The position numbers and the translations under genes are program-made. 64,000 nucleotides of DNA from Flectonema sp. DT1601. Its lineage: Eukaryota. The stretch lies in assembly GCA_964019425.1 (NCBI GenBank), contig OZ025788.1:434001-498000 (forward strand). The letters are read 5' to 3'. Below the pieces are notes generated by a model. That model searched no databases. It worked only from the letters and a program-made list of their open reading frames with translations, and was not told the DNA's origin. This document shows positions 10,361-21,400 of the stretch, in pieces (within the stretch, counting starts at the first letter, position 1; every line of letters starts with the position of its first letter).

Positions 10361-11764
10361 ATGAAGTTAGCTACACACAGATCAGTCCGCGCGTTGTCCA
10401 CGACGGCACCAAACAGCATGGTGACCACCACTAAAGGTCAAAAGACTCACGGTACAACATGTGGATGTGGTAAGTGTGGAGGAATGAAAATATCGGAAAG
10501 ACATCTTTCGGAGGGTAAGAGAGCTGCCAACAGAGGAGTAATCTTTATGGGAACGAACCATGTTGAGGTAAAAGGAATTCCCTTCCCAGAACTCGCACTT
10601 GACAGCACAAACTCACCCGTCATATCGGAACGTCAGAAGAGGAAGTGTGAACATGGAGTTATATTAAAAGTAGTTACCACAAATATTTGTGGTTCTGATC
10701 AGCACATGGTCAGAGGAAGAACTTCACTTCCAGGAGGTCACATGGTATTAGGTCATGAGATTACTGGTGAGATTGTTGAAATTGGATCCGACGTCGAGTT
10801 TCTAAACGTCGGAGACATTTGCTCGGTTCCATTCAACATCGCCTGTGGCAGATGTTCTGCATGCAAGAGAGGCGACACGGGTGTTTGTCTCAACACAAAC
10901 CCTGCTAGACCCGGAGCTGCCTACGGCTACGTCGACATGGGAGGCTGGATTGGAGGTCAGGCAGAGTACGTAATGATACCTTATGCTGACTTTAATCTTC
11001 TAAAGTTCCCTGATAGAGATCAAGCGCTTGATAAGATTGAAGACCTGACTCTCCTGTCAGATATTCTACCAACAGGTTTCCACGGTGCTGTAACTGCTGG
11101 AGTAGGACCAGGTTCAATTGTTTATGTTGCTGGAGCAGGTCCCGTTGGATTAGCAAGTGCTGCATCTTGTCACTTATTAGGAGCAGCCTGTGTTATTGTT
11201 GGAGATATGATTCCAGAGAGACTAGAGCAGGCGAGATCATTTGGATGTGAAACGATTGATCTTCGTCAAGAAGGATCTTTACAAGATCACATCGCAGCTA
11301 TCGTGCCAGGGTCAAATGGTAATGTAGATGCGGCAGTTGACTGCGTTGGATTTGAAGCCAGGGGGTCTGGCTCATCATCATCAGAAGAAAGACCTGCTCA
11401 AGTCCTAAACGACTGCATGAGCGTAGTCCGCGAAGGTGGTGGCGTTGGTATCCCGGGTCTTTACGTTACTGAAGACCCTGGCGCAGTTGATGACGCTGCT
11501 AAAATTGGGGCTCTGTCACTCAGACTTGGACTTGGATGGTCTAAATCCCAACACTTCCACACTGGACAATGTCCAGCAATGAAATACCACAGACAGCTTA
11601 TGAACGCAATCTTATTCGATAAAATCAAAATCGCAAAGGCCGTTAACGTTCAAGTTATTTCCCTCGACGATGCCCCAAAAGGATATGCCGACTTTGACTC
11701 TGGTGCCGCTAAGAAATACGTCATTGATCCACACAACGTAACCGGAAAGGCTGTCGCTGTTTAG
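10361..11764 (+). CDS. fdhA: Glutathione-independent formaldehyde dehydrogenase (Zn-dependent MDR family, Pseudomonas FdhA-type) with an N-terminal extension
   Basis: Motifs: KVVTTNICGSDQHMVRGRT, LGHEITGE, structural Zn ACGRCSACKRGDTGVC, AYGYVDMGGWIGGQAEYV, LSDILPTGFHGA, VYVAGAGPVGL, IGIPGLYVTEDPG-like GVGIPGLYVTEDPG, GLGWSKS, FDSGAAKKYVIDP. The start is placed at ATG 10361 (the track's 10283 start is TTG), downstream of TTCTTTCTACCAG ending at 10339. Confidence 0.92.
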   Translation: MKLATHRSVRALSTTAPNSMVTTTKGQKTHGTTCGCGKCGGMKISERHLSEGKRAANRGVIFMGTNHVEVKGIPFPELALDSTNSPVISERQKRKCEHGVILKVVTTNICGSDQHMVRGRTSLPGGHMVLGHEITGEIVEIGSDVEFLNVGDICSVPFNIACGRCSACKRGDTGVCLNTNPARPGAAYGYVDMGGWIGGQAEYVMIPYADFNLLKFPDRDQALDKIEDLTLLSDILPTGFHGAVTAGVGPGSIVYVAGAGPVGLASAASCHLLGAACVIVGDMIPERLEQARSFGCETIDLRQEGSLQDHIAAIVPGSNGNVDAAVDCVGFEARGSGSSSSEERPAQVLNDCMSVVREGGGVGIPGLYVTEDPGAVDDAAKIGALSLRLGLGWSKSQHFHTGQCPAMKYHRQLMNAILFDKIKIAKAVNVQVISLDDAPKGYADFDSGAAKKYVIDPHNVTGKAVAV

Positions 11765-12473
11765 AAGCACATGAGTGTGAAGATACGTTACTTTTATATT
11801 TGTTCTATACAATAAAATGACTCTTTGAGTTTTTCTTTTTTTTTCCTCCCGTTCTCCGTTCGAGATTTCACCCCCTACTTTCTTTCTTTCTTTTCCGATC
11901 GTAGCTCCGACAGTGGTGTCTGAAGGTAAAGGAAAATTGCACTTTCGGTCTATGTTTTCCCCCTAAAACCTTTTGTGCTTAAAGAGAATAATAAATAAAA
12001 AAGTTTATATGTTCAAAATAGCTGGCTAATATTTAAGGTGAGAATGAGGCTCCTTTTCGGTATAATTCTTTCTTTTTTTTTTTTTTTAAAGATTACTTTT
12101 TACGCTTAAGTATGATGTTAGTTTTTTGGTTCCCCTGCTTTCTTCACGTTGGCTCGCAGCTTACAACGTATTTTTTTTTCGTTCCCTCGACCGTTGCCCT
12201 CTTCCCTCTTAACAACTCGCTTTTAATTACAATGACGTTGTGATGTTTAACACGAGAGTACTATACTTTAAAAGTAAAATATAAGTTAAGCTTTATTGGT
12301 AAATAGGAACACACAATATAACGTTATGCTGGCATGAGTATTATTGATGGAAAATTCATATTTATAAGTATACCTCTGATATACGAGTAGTGTACCATAG
12401 CTGTCGGTAATAGCAATGGCTACTAAGATTTAAAATTATTTTTGCTCTCCTGTTCAGTTTGTTTGAATTTTAT

Positions 12474-13262
12474 ATGAATGTGATTAAAAAAATACGACCG
12501 AATTGGTGTAGAGTTCCAGAACCTTGTGTTATTGACACAAAATGGAACGCTGGAATGGTATTCACAGAAGAAGATGACGTTGACAGGACTGACATTGGAT
12601 GGTCGTTAAGTCAATCATTTCTTGCGAACCAGAGTCCAATAAAAGATCTTATCGAAGTAGAAGACTTATTACCAACTGGTGAAAGCAGCAATACTAAGTT
12701 CGCAATGATTCTTCACAACGTCCTTACTGAGAATGAATGCAATTTAATATTACAATCTGCTAATGAAAAACAATACACAAAAGCGTTGATAAATATTTCC
12801 AGAGGTATGCAAATGTATTCTCCAAAACATAGAAAAGGATTGAGATGTATTGTTGATTGTGATTTCTTGTCTGAACTTCTCTTCATTCGAACACATAAAT
12901 ACATTCCCAAGATTCCAAATATGCAATTACGTAATATAAATGAGCGACTCAGAATTCTTTGTTACAGCAACGGAGAAGACACCTTTCCAGCTCATTGTGA
13001 TGGACAGTATACACGTTATTTAAATCATCCTTATGCAGGTGATCAGAGTCAAATTACCCTTCAGCTGTACCTCAACACAATTCCATTAGTCTCAGATGGT
13101 GGTGGTACTTCCCTGAATCAATACCATAGAATAATTCAACCAAAGGTAGGTTCTGTTTTAATATTCACACAGCCTAACATACTTCATGAGGGACTACCAC
13201 TGCTGACTAATGGAATAAAATATACGCTACGAAGCGAATACATGTTTAGCTCGGTTCTATAG
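12474..13262 (+). CDS. 2-oxoglutarate/Fe(II)-dependent oxygenase (prolyl-4-hydroxylase-like fold)
   Basis: Motifs: ILHNVLTENEC, INERLRILCY, facial triad FPAHCD...LHEG, TLQLYLN, GGGT, PKVGSVLIF, KYTLRSEYMF. First in-frame ATG is 12474, after the acceptor-like TTTGCTCTCCTGTTCAG ending at 12457. Confidence 0.88.
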   Translation: MNVIKKIRPNWCRVPEPCVIDTKWNAGMVFTEEDDVDRTDIGWSLSQSFLANQSPIKDLIEVEDLLPTGESSNTKFAMILHNVLTENECNLILQSANEKQYTKALINISRGMQMYSPKHRKGLRCIVDCDFLSELLFIRTHKYIPKIPNMQLRNINERLRILCYSNGEDTFPAHCDGQYTRYLNHPYAGDQSQITLQLYLNTIPLVSDGGGTSLNQYHRIIQPKVGSVLIFTQPNILHEGLPLLTNGIKYTLRSEYMFSSVL

Positions 13263-13451
13263 GATGCTAACTACCCAGTTGATGAGTCGTTCAGGCCTGA
13301 CACCGCTGTGTCCCCCTTAACTCTTCGCTGAAGAGGGCTGCGTAAGGGGAATTGTCTGAAGAAGGGTTTTTAAATTTTAGTCCGAAACCAAAATTATTTT
13401 TTGTTTTGTTTGATGTCCTTACGATCTACTGATTGGTTTGATTATTTTATT

Positions 13452-13575
13452 TTATTTATTTGTGATAACGTTCTGCTATTTGTAACCAAATACTAACTGA
13501 TTGTTGATCAGGCCTGATACGATTTATTTATTTTTGTGATAACTGACTGCTATTTATATAGAATAATCCTAACTA
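13452..13575. repeat. Short diverged tandem duplication carrying TTATTTAT..TTGTGATAAC...CTGCTATTT...CTAACT; a related copy lies at 6831-6870
   Basis: Copies at about 13452-13498 and 13523-13575. The same TTATTTAT..TTGTGATAAC...AAATACTAAC arrangement precedes the SPX-kinase gene. Confidence 0.55.
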
Positions 13576-13771
13576 GTCTTGTCTGGGAGAGATTTCTTTT
13601 TTAAAAAAAATGATTGTTCTCTGGGAATCTAACCGACCCGGTACTTCTGCCTTATTTTTTTATTGTCTTCTCGGTTAGCTTAACCATCTTCTAACTCATC
13701 CTTTGTATTGCTTCTTCAGATAGTTAGCCATCAATGTTCTATTCTCAGCGTCGAGTACAAACACAACAACA

Positions 13772-14713
13772 ATGAGCTTAAAGCTGTGTAAGACCATGTG
13801 GGGTGTCCCTGAGGTGATGGGTAAAGAAAACAGAAAAGAGATGTTCCAGAGAGTAGTAGCAGCAGGGTTTAAGGCGGTTGAGATGCATGCGGTGGCGTGG
13901 AGGTTGGATGGGCTACTTGATGATTTGAAGGAAGCTAAATTAGAGTTGGTTGCTCAAGCACACACCACATCGATCATTGATGGAGTTGGTGCTGACATGA
14001 AAGGATTTCAATACCTGAGTAAATGGGAAGTAAAGGATCATTTGGAATCTCTGAAACTCGTGGCTGCTGAGGCGAAATCAATTGGAGCGATTGCTCTCAA
14101 TTCCCACAGTGGAGTTGACGGCTGGAGTATCGAACAAGCTCGTGAATTCTTGAGGGGAGCCTTGGCTATCGAAAAAGAAGTTGGAATTGAAATATTTCAC
14201 GAAACTCACCGCCGTAGATTATTCTGGAACCCTTTTCAAACCCGAGACATTCTGGCAGGACAGGCTGACCTGGCGGATGTTAAGTTAAATTCTGACATTT
14301 CTCATTGGGTCGTATGTTTGGAAAGAACATTTGGACATCCATACTCATTTGTAGAAAACAGCAACCAAGCTGACCCATGGTTCGATGAGGTCATGGAACT
14401 CTTAGCAAAACATTGTTGCATGATTCACGCTAGAGTTGGATATGCAGAAGGACCACAAGTACCTGACCCAGCAGCACCAGAATATGCTAATGAGTTGGCT
14501 GCTCATTTATTTTATTGGGAGAAGATTGCTAAGGCTCAAATCGCAAAGGGTAGAGTCTCAATTATTGAGCCAGAACACGGTCCTTGGCCTTACCAACAGA
14601 GCATACCAAACACAAATATGGCACCAACTCATGATATCTGGGAATCAAATGACTTTATTAAGGAACAGATCAGAAACATCTTCCCAAAGTGGGTTGAAGA
14701 AGTATCGAAGTAG
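13772..14713 (+). CDS. Sugar-phosphate isomerase/epimerase-family (xylose isomerase-like TIM barrel) protein, 313 aa
   Basis: Motifs: KTMWG, AGFKAVE, LNSHSGVD, HETHRRRLFWNP, DISHWVVCLER, IHARVGYAEGPQVPDP, EPEHGPWPY. Confidence 0.85.
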   Translation: MSLKLCKTMWGVPEVMGKENRKEMFQRVVAAGFKAVEMHAVAWRLDGLLDDLKEAKLELVAQAHTTSIIDGVGADMKGFQYLSKWEVKDHLESLKLVAAEAKSIGAIALNSHSGVDGWSIEQAREFLRGALAIEKEVGIEIFHETHRRRLFWNPFQTRDILAGQADLADVKLNSDISHWVVCLERTFGHPYSFVENSNQADPWFDEVMELLAKHCCMIHARVGYAEGPQVPDPAAPEYANELAAHLFYWEKIAKAQIAKGRVSIIEPEHGPWPYQQSIPNTNMAPTHDIWESNDFIKEQIRNIFPKWVEEVSK

Positions 14714-15401
14714 TATTTTCATTTTTGTGAGTTTCTTGTCTCATTTTCTTTTTCACCACGTAAAATAATGTCGGTGTTACGACAGTCTAACACATTTGGT
14801 GCTCTCACGCAACCCATACATAACAATTTCTTTTTTCTTTTTTTCTTATTTAGTTGTTGCGGGTGTTGTGGAAATTTTGTTTTGCAACACACTGCAGAAT
14901 GGAGAGAACTGATGTGTTTCTCTCGTTTCTTTGGAGAATTTTTTAAAAAAATGGTACACGGGAATTTAAAAAAAAAATAAATAAAAATAATTGAATTTGT
15001 TGCTTTGTTTTTTCTTTTAAAACTTCTACCAACTAACCTGACTTCTGTGATACAAAATTCAGCCTTCTGGTAGCAGTAAATATGTATTAATATTTTGTTC
15101 CAAACGGGAATAAAAATAAAGACCGTTCTTCTTTGAGTTTTTATTCTTCTCTTTCAAATAAAATAAAAGTACTGTTAGTTAGAATTACTCTTTTACAACA
15201 GGTACTTCGGTTATAATTAACTACTTATTACGGTTGACGGTATCAAGTTATAAATTAATTCCTCAACTCATCCCACAGAGAACGACAAACAAAAAAGAAA
15301 ACAATTATTAGATACTCAGTTGGTATTCTTCTTTTTATAGGTTAGCAACATCCTAAAATATATTGTTGCTGACCCAAAGTTAGATAATTACTGAGTGAGC
15401 A

Positions 15402-18400
15402 ATGACTGTTAGTGGCTTTATGAAACCACTTTGTGTTGTTTTATTTTTGGTGACGATAGTTACTGGAGAGATATATGACTTTGATATGACGAAGATACAA
15501 GGAGGACCCCATAATGGTGCTACAGTGTTAGATGAGTTCCCTATTGGAGGGGAGGTTTTAAAGTGCACTGCCTCTAACTCTTTACCGTGCACTGCAAACT
15601 CTATTGACGGTTTTAATGGCGTCCTCCTTGAAGGGATTTTGTACTTGGAACCTATCGGCGCACCCCTACCAATAGTAACATTTGAGTTAATCATAATATC
15701 AACTGACCAGCCGTTGATTTACGTCCTTGGTAAACTTTTACCAGTAACTGGTCGCTATACAATTGGAAATCTTATTTATGCATCCTTAATAATGGATGAG
15801 GTGGACCTCAGGACACTGGAGATTGAAAATAGAAATAGTGTTGGAGTAACTTTATTAAGAGCGATATTAAGAGATTCAACAGGAGATTTTATAGATGACC
15901 AACTGACTTTTAACGATATTGGAATGACCTCGTCACTACCGGTAGACTCATTGCAGAGTAGGTACTATCATAAAGGTATCTATTCTTTTCGTGGTTACTA
16001 CACAGATTTCAGTTCCGTACCTTCTGGAAAATCTCTCCGAGTTTCTCCAGATTATGACATTATACTTGACGCTTACCCTCACAATTTCTCAGAGGCCATG
16101 ATTTCGATCATATCAATGGAGGATACTTTCAGCTTTGGGTTCTCCGGTTTTTATCATAACAGCAGCGAAAATTTCTATACACAGATTGATGTGTCACCTA
16201 CCTCTCTAAATTTTAGGTCATACGTCTGCGCTACTTATGACGTTCCTAAAGCAGACTATGCAACATGTGTGGACGTCGAAATTAATGGTTCACCTTGGGA
16301 AGATACGAATGGTGACAATTGTGAGAAGTACGAATCCGAGTCACTGTGTTCTAGTTCAGATGCCTTTCATGATAGTGTTGCAAAAGATGGATATGATGGT
16401 AGAACAGCCTGTTGTATCTGTAATGGGGGTTCTACATTAAACAAATACTGTGTTGATATTCAGCTTGATATCTCTCAAAGAGCTCGTGGGCATGACATTC
16501 GAACCCTTAAATTTAGAGGGGTTACTGCTGCACTCTTCCATGTTGAAAATATTAGATTTACTTTAGAAGCAGGAATAGATCTTTCTCCCTTGTCTGGAGG
16601 GTTAATTAACTTTGAGAACGGTCCACTTGAATCCTCCGGATTCACGTCACTGCTAGTCAGCAATGTCACAGGTGATAACCTTGGTCTCTCTACTACAGTA
16701 AATATTTGGAAACCTGCTTCAGAACGTACTTGCTGGCAAGAGAGCACCGGGGAATTTACAGTCTCGTTTGGAGGCGAGACATCTCTAGGAGAGTTTGTCA
16801 GAAAAACAGCCCTACGTGCAACCGCTTTAGTGTGTGTAGAAAACGCTCAGCAAGGAGGGAAGGTATTCGTAAGTGGTTTCAGAAATGGGATTACTGTCGA
16901 CAGGTCAACGGTAATTATTAATAGCCCTGTTGGTAATGGTGACTTTTGTGAAACAATATCGATCGAGGGAGCTATGACCTCATTTCAAATTATAATTGAC
17001 CCTGACTCGTTATTCCAAGTGTGTGTTGATGATATCAGGTTTTATTTCACGGCAATTGCTGTTGACAACATACAGAAGGGAACTCATGCAAAAGGCTTCT
17101 CAGCTCTGAATGATCCCTTCTCGTCGGAGGTATTCGTCGATTCATACATTAAATCAATACACTCTACTCCCTGTGCGAACAAGGTCTCCAACGGCGTGTG
17201 GGAAATATTAAACACTGACTGCACATCCACAATCTTGTTTGATGGTGAAGTTACTTCTTTTCGTATATTGTTGGAAACGAGTATCTCTTCTACACCACCA
17301 ACTTTAAGGGCGGGAGATGGGGCGAGTATGAACCCACTATTTATTAATAGTAATCCAAACAAACAAACGTGGACATATCATTGGGTTGGTTTCTATGTGT
17401 CCTACGTGACTATATTGACATCATCTTCGGAAAGTAATGTTCTTGTAAAATCTATAAGGTACTCTTTTGACGGCAGTAATGTCATTCCCCAGGGTGTTCT
17501 GCGTGTCCCTTTTAATGAGTATTCAGCATCTTCCCCAACGAACTTCGAGTTTGATGTAGGTGATGGTCTTGGGTCCTCTAAAAATTTAATGATAGACCGA
17601 CTCGGTAATGTACCACCAACTTTTAATACGATCTCGTCTGCAAGAGTGTGGCAAATAAGTGGTGGGGTTCCAGAGATTATTTCATTCGGGACTCAGTTGG
17701 TTGGTTTTCGTGTTTCTGTGGTAGGTTCATCTGTCATTAATATTACGGTAGTCACGTCATCGGGGACTACCGAAAATCAAATAGACGGAAGACTGTGTGA
17801 TGACTTCCAATGCGGAACGTATATAGAAAAAGAATCCAACGTAATTGCATACTATCTCGAAAGTGATTTGGATTTTTACGTGACTTCAGTTGTTTTTTCA
17901 TACACAGAAAGCATTATCCCGACTGGTATTATAACAATTGACTGGGACGATGGACTACCTTCAATGGTGTCAGGAACATGCGATTCCACCGTAAGTAGTT
18001 CTTTTCACAATTCTTTACGCTGTACGAGTGAATTTACTCTTGACTTCATAGGAACGAAAGAGAAACCTGAATATCTCAGATTCTTGTTAATCATGTCACA
18101 AATTGAAGCTACTGACATAACAGTAGTTGAACGAATGAGTGATGTACCCGTCAATGGGTTTGAAAAATTAATTTCAATGGCTACAGAGAGTTTTCCTTGT
18201 GGTGAATCTGATGTGTGTTACGAATATAAGTACGTTAACACTGGTGATCACATGATGAAGTTCAAGTTTACGTCTACGGAAGAATTCCTTGTAGTTGACG
18301 TTGTGTACACTAATGAAGTAGATTTAGTTTCTAATTTACATTATATGTCATTTGATGATATTGGTTTAGCCTCAACAGTTATTCCTGCTGCTTATGAGAG

Positions 18401-21400
18401 TATCGGTATATCATCATGGGGTGATGCTGTCACCAGTACGTCTTTTGATAAAACATTCGCTGCCTATGGTACTGTTGAGAATCCAGTTGTGATAAAATCA
18501 ACACTTAAAATGAGTAACCTGGTGTTTACGATAGTAGTGTACGCTCCTGTTTTTGAAGTAGTTGTCAACATTAGCGATGTTAGTGATACCATCACACAAC
18601 AAGATGCTGTTAAGTGTGCCGACCACAGTGTACCAAAACCAAGTGGATTGCCTTGCACTGATCTTACACTTGCTTCTGGTGCTCAATGGGTTGATTCTTT
18701 AGGCCAGAGTTGTTCTTATTACGTTGATAACGCTGAGTGTAATGATGAAGGGTCATCTGACTTTCGTAATGAACTGATAGCATCTGAAGCTTGTTGTGGA
18801 TGCTCTGGAGGAAGTATCAGTAACGGATATTGTGTTACATATTCACACAACGGTGTTATGTCTTCAGATGTAGGAACTACAATTACTGTCACTCCAGTTG
18901 GTTCTCATAACGTTCTTGTTGACCGCGTAGTATTTTCATACAACAATGCTCCTGTTATTCCAATTGGTACGACTATCGTCGATTTTGATGACCCAGATAG
19001 AGAGGCAACAGCTGACAATTACATCCTCTCATTGACATCATCAAAAAGTTCAACAATAACAGGATTTGATGGGTCTACTGCGGCTGAAATTAGTAGTCTT
19101 GAGACCAGAATTAAGTTCGGTCGTATCATCGAAGGTAAGACTTTTCCTTTATCAGTAAAGAGATTGCGTCTTGTTATCATCTCTGATTCGAACGCTGCAA
19201 TATTTAAGTTATTTACAATCACTGATGATGTTATGATTGATAATGAAGTGCTCGCAGTCACTTCTGCAACTGACTCTCCTTGTGGAACAAAGTTTTGCGC
19301 TATTTTCGTCCTGGAAGATTGTGATGCTGCGAGCATTCGGATTGTGGAAGAGTCAGGAAGTGTAGCCGTTGGATGGATTGATGATTTGATCTTTTCTTTT
19401 GACAACTCAAGTATTACGTACTCTTTCGATGGATCTAGACTCCTCCCTAGTAAGTTTTATGTTAATTTTGATGGTCAGACGCCTACCAGCTCATACACTA
19501 CGCAAGGGTTATCATTCTGGGGACCAACTCGCTCAAATCTTCTTTCGTGGGATGTATCAGACGCCTTGGTTGCTGCTACTGGAGCACCTGCTATTATGAA
19601 TTCGAGTTTTAGTTTTACGAGTTATGGATTCGTTATGACTTCGTTTCATCCAACGTTTTCTGTTAATGTTACAATTACTGGGGATGAATCAGTTACTTAT
19701 ACTAACGAGGATGCCTTCATCTGTGGTGGTGCCAGGATAGAAAAACCTGACTTAACGGGTGTCTGCTCAGACTTGGAAGTAGACGATATGCCGTGGACAG
19801 ATACTTCTATGAACGGATGCAATTGGTATGATACTTCCAGATGCTCATCAGTTGGTAGTCTCGAGTCACCTAGAGAAACATATACTGGGGTTGAAGCATG
19901 TTGTGTATGTGGAGGAGGTACTACTACTGATGTGTTGTGTGTTATTCACACATCTGATTCTCCAACTGATGAGATTGAGATTGAACCAACTACTTCTGGT
20001 AGTGTTTATATTGATGACTTTACTTATTCCTTTGATAGCAGAACCCTCGTTCCTAATAATTCAATTATTTATACTCTTGATTTTGATACTTGTTCAGGAA
20101 CGTTTACTGAAGATGAGTACCTTGAATCAAACTATGTGAGAATTATTTCAACAACTAAAACATGTTCTTCATCGGATGCGCATAGACTTCCAGCAACCCC
20201 ATTGTGGAGTTTCCCAACTGGGGAAACGATTGCTATGCTCTTTGGTATTGGTGTCGGAAGTGAAACAGCTCCACTTCGGGTTGCGGCCTTGAGAATGACC
20301 ATCATCACTAATGCAGTGGAAGTAGTGAGCGTAACAAGTAAAATTGGTACGATATCACGGCAACAATCAATTACAGTTGATGTACCTTGCAGGCATAATG
20401 GTCTGCCATCTTTCTATTGTGCAACTGTTATAGTTGAAAGTTTTAGTCAATTACAAGTAACTGTTCTGTCACCAAGTGGAACAACAATGTCAATAGATGA
20501 TGTGATGTATTCATTTGGTAATAATATTTTGTCACTTCCTACAAGAAGTGAAGTATCGGTTTGTTCTGAGTATCAATCTGATTGTTCAGTTTGGATACAA
20601 AGGTTTACTGGAACGTCTTTAACTGCAAATGCTTTCATATCGGAGTACCTCTCATGGTTTGGTAATGGTTTAAACCAGTTACTGACGGGAGTTGCACCTT
20701 CTCCAAATAACCGAAAATCACTTGTACTTCCATCGTCACTATCGGAATTCGTTATAGGATTCTCGTATAGAGAAATTAAGACATTTAGAATTACGTTGTT
20801 GTCTTCTGCTAATTGTACTTATCAAGTAACTGGCTATAGATCAGGTGTTGTTATTGTGAATTCAAGTGATATTATTATGAATCCAAAACAAGCCTATGAT
20901 GGAATGCATGGAGCTACTCATGTTGATACTGTTGGTGGTGGTGATACATACGTTTTATCGATAAAAACAACAACAGATGATCAAGATGTTCATATTGTTG
21001 ATTTTCATTACTCATTCGAAGCTGGTGGAAAACTTGTACCCGAAGGCTTACAGGGAGTTCAGTTTAAAAACTATGACGCAACTGCATTTTACTCGAAGTA
21101 CCTTATTCAGTTGCGAAGCACGGAATCGACTATACCAGATCCTCAATTTGGGATACAGTCGACTGACGGTGAATCTCTTTTCATTGACTTTGGGATGTTG
21201 TTAATAAGAAATATAAGAATTACACTTAAATTAACCACACCTACTGGATTAGTGCAAGGCCGCCTCGGTGCATCTACGCGGATTAGACCGGTCTTTGCGA
21301 CTATGATTACGAATAGATATGTTTGTCAGGATTCTGAAGAATGCGTTGAGTATGTTTTACGTGCAGACTATGGAAACACGATTGATTCCATTGAAATAGA

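Noticed and set aside
13278..13360. C/D-box snoRNA-like stretch (TGATGA...CTGA) with a CTCTTC/GAAGAG hairpin
   Set aside because: The boxes are short enough to occur by chance, there is no terminal stem, and I cannot identify an rRNA guide; more likely 3' UTR
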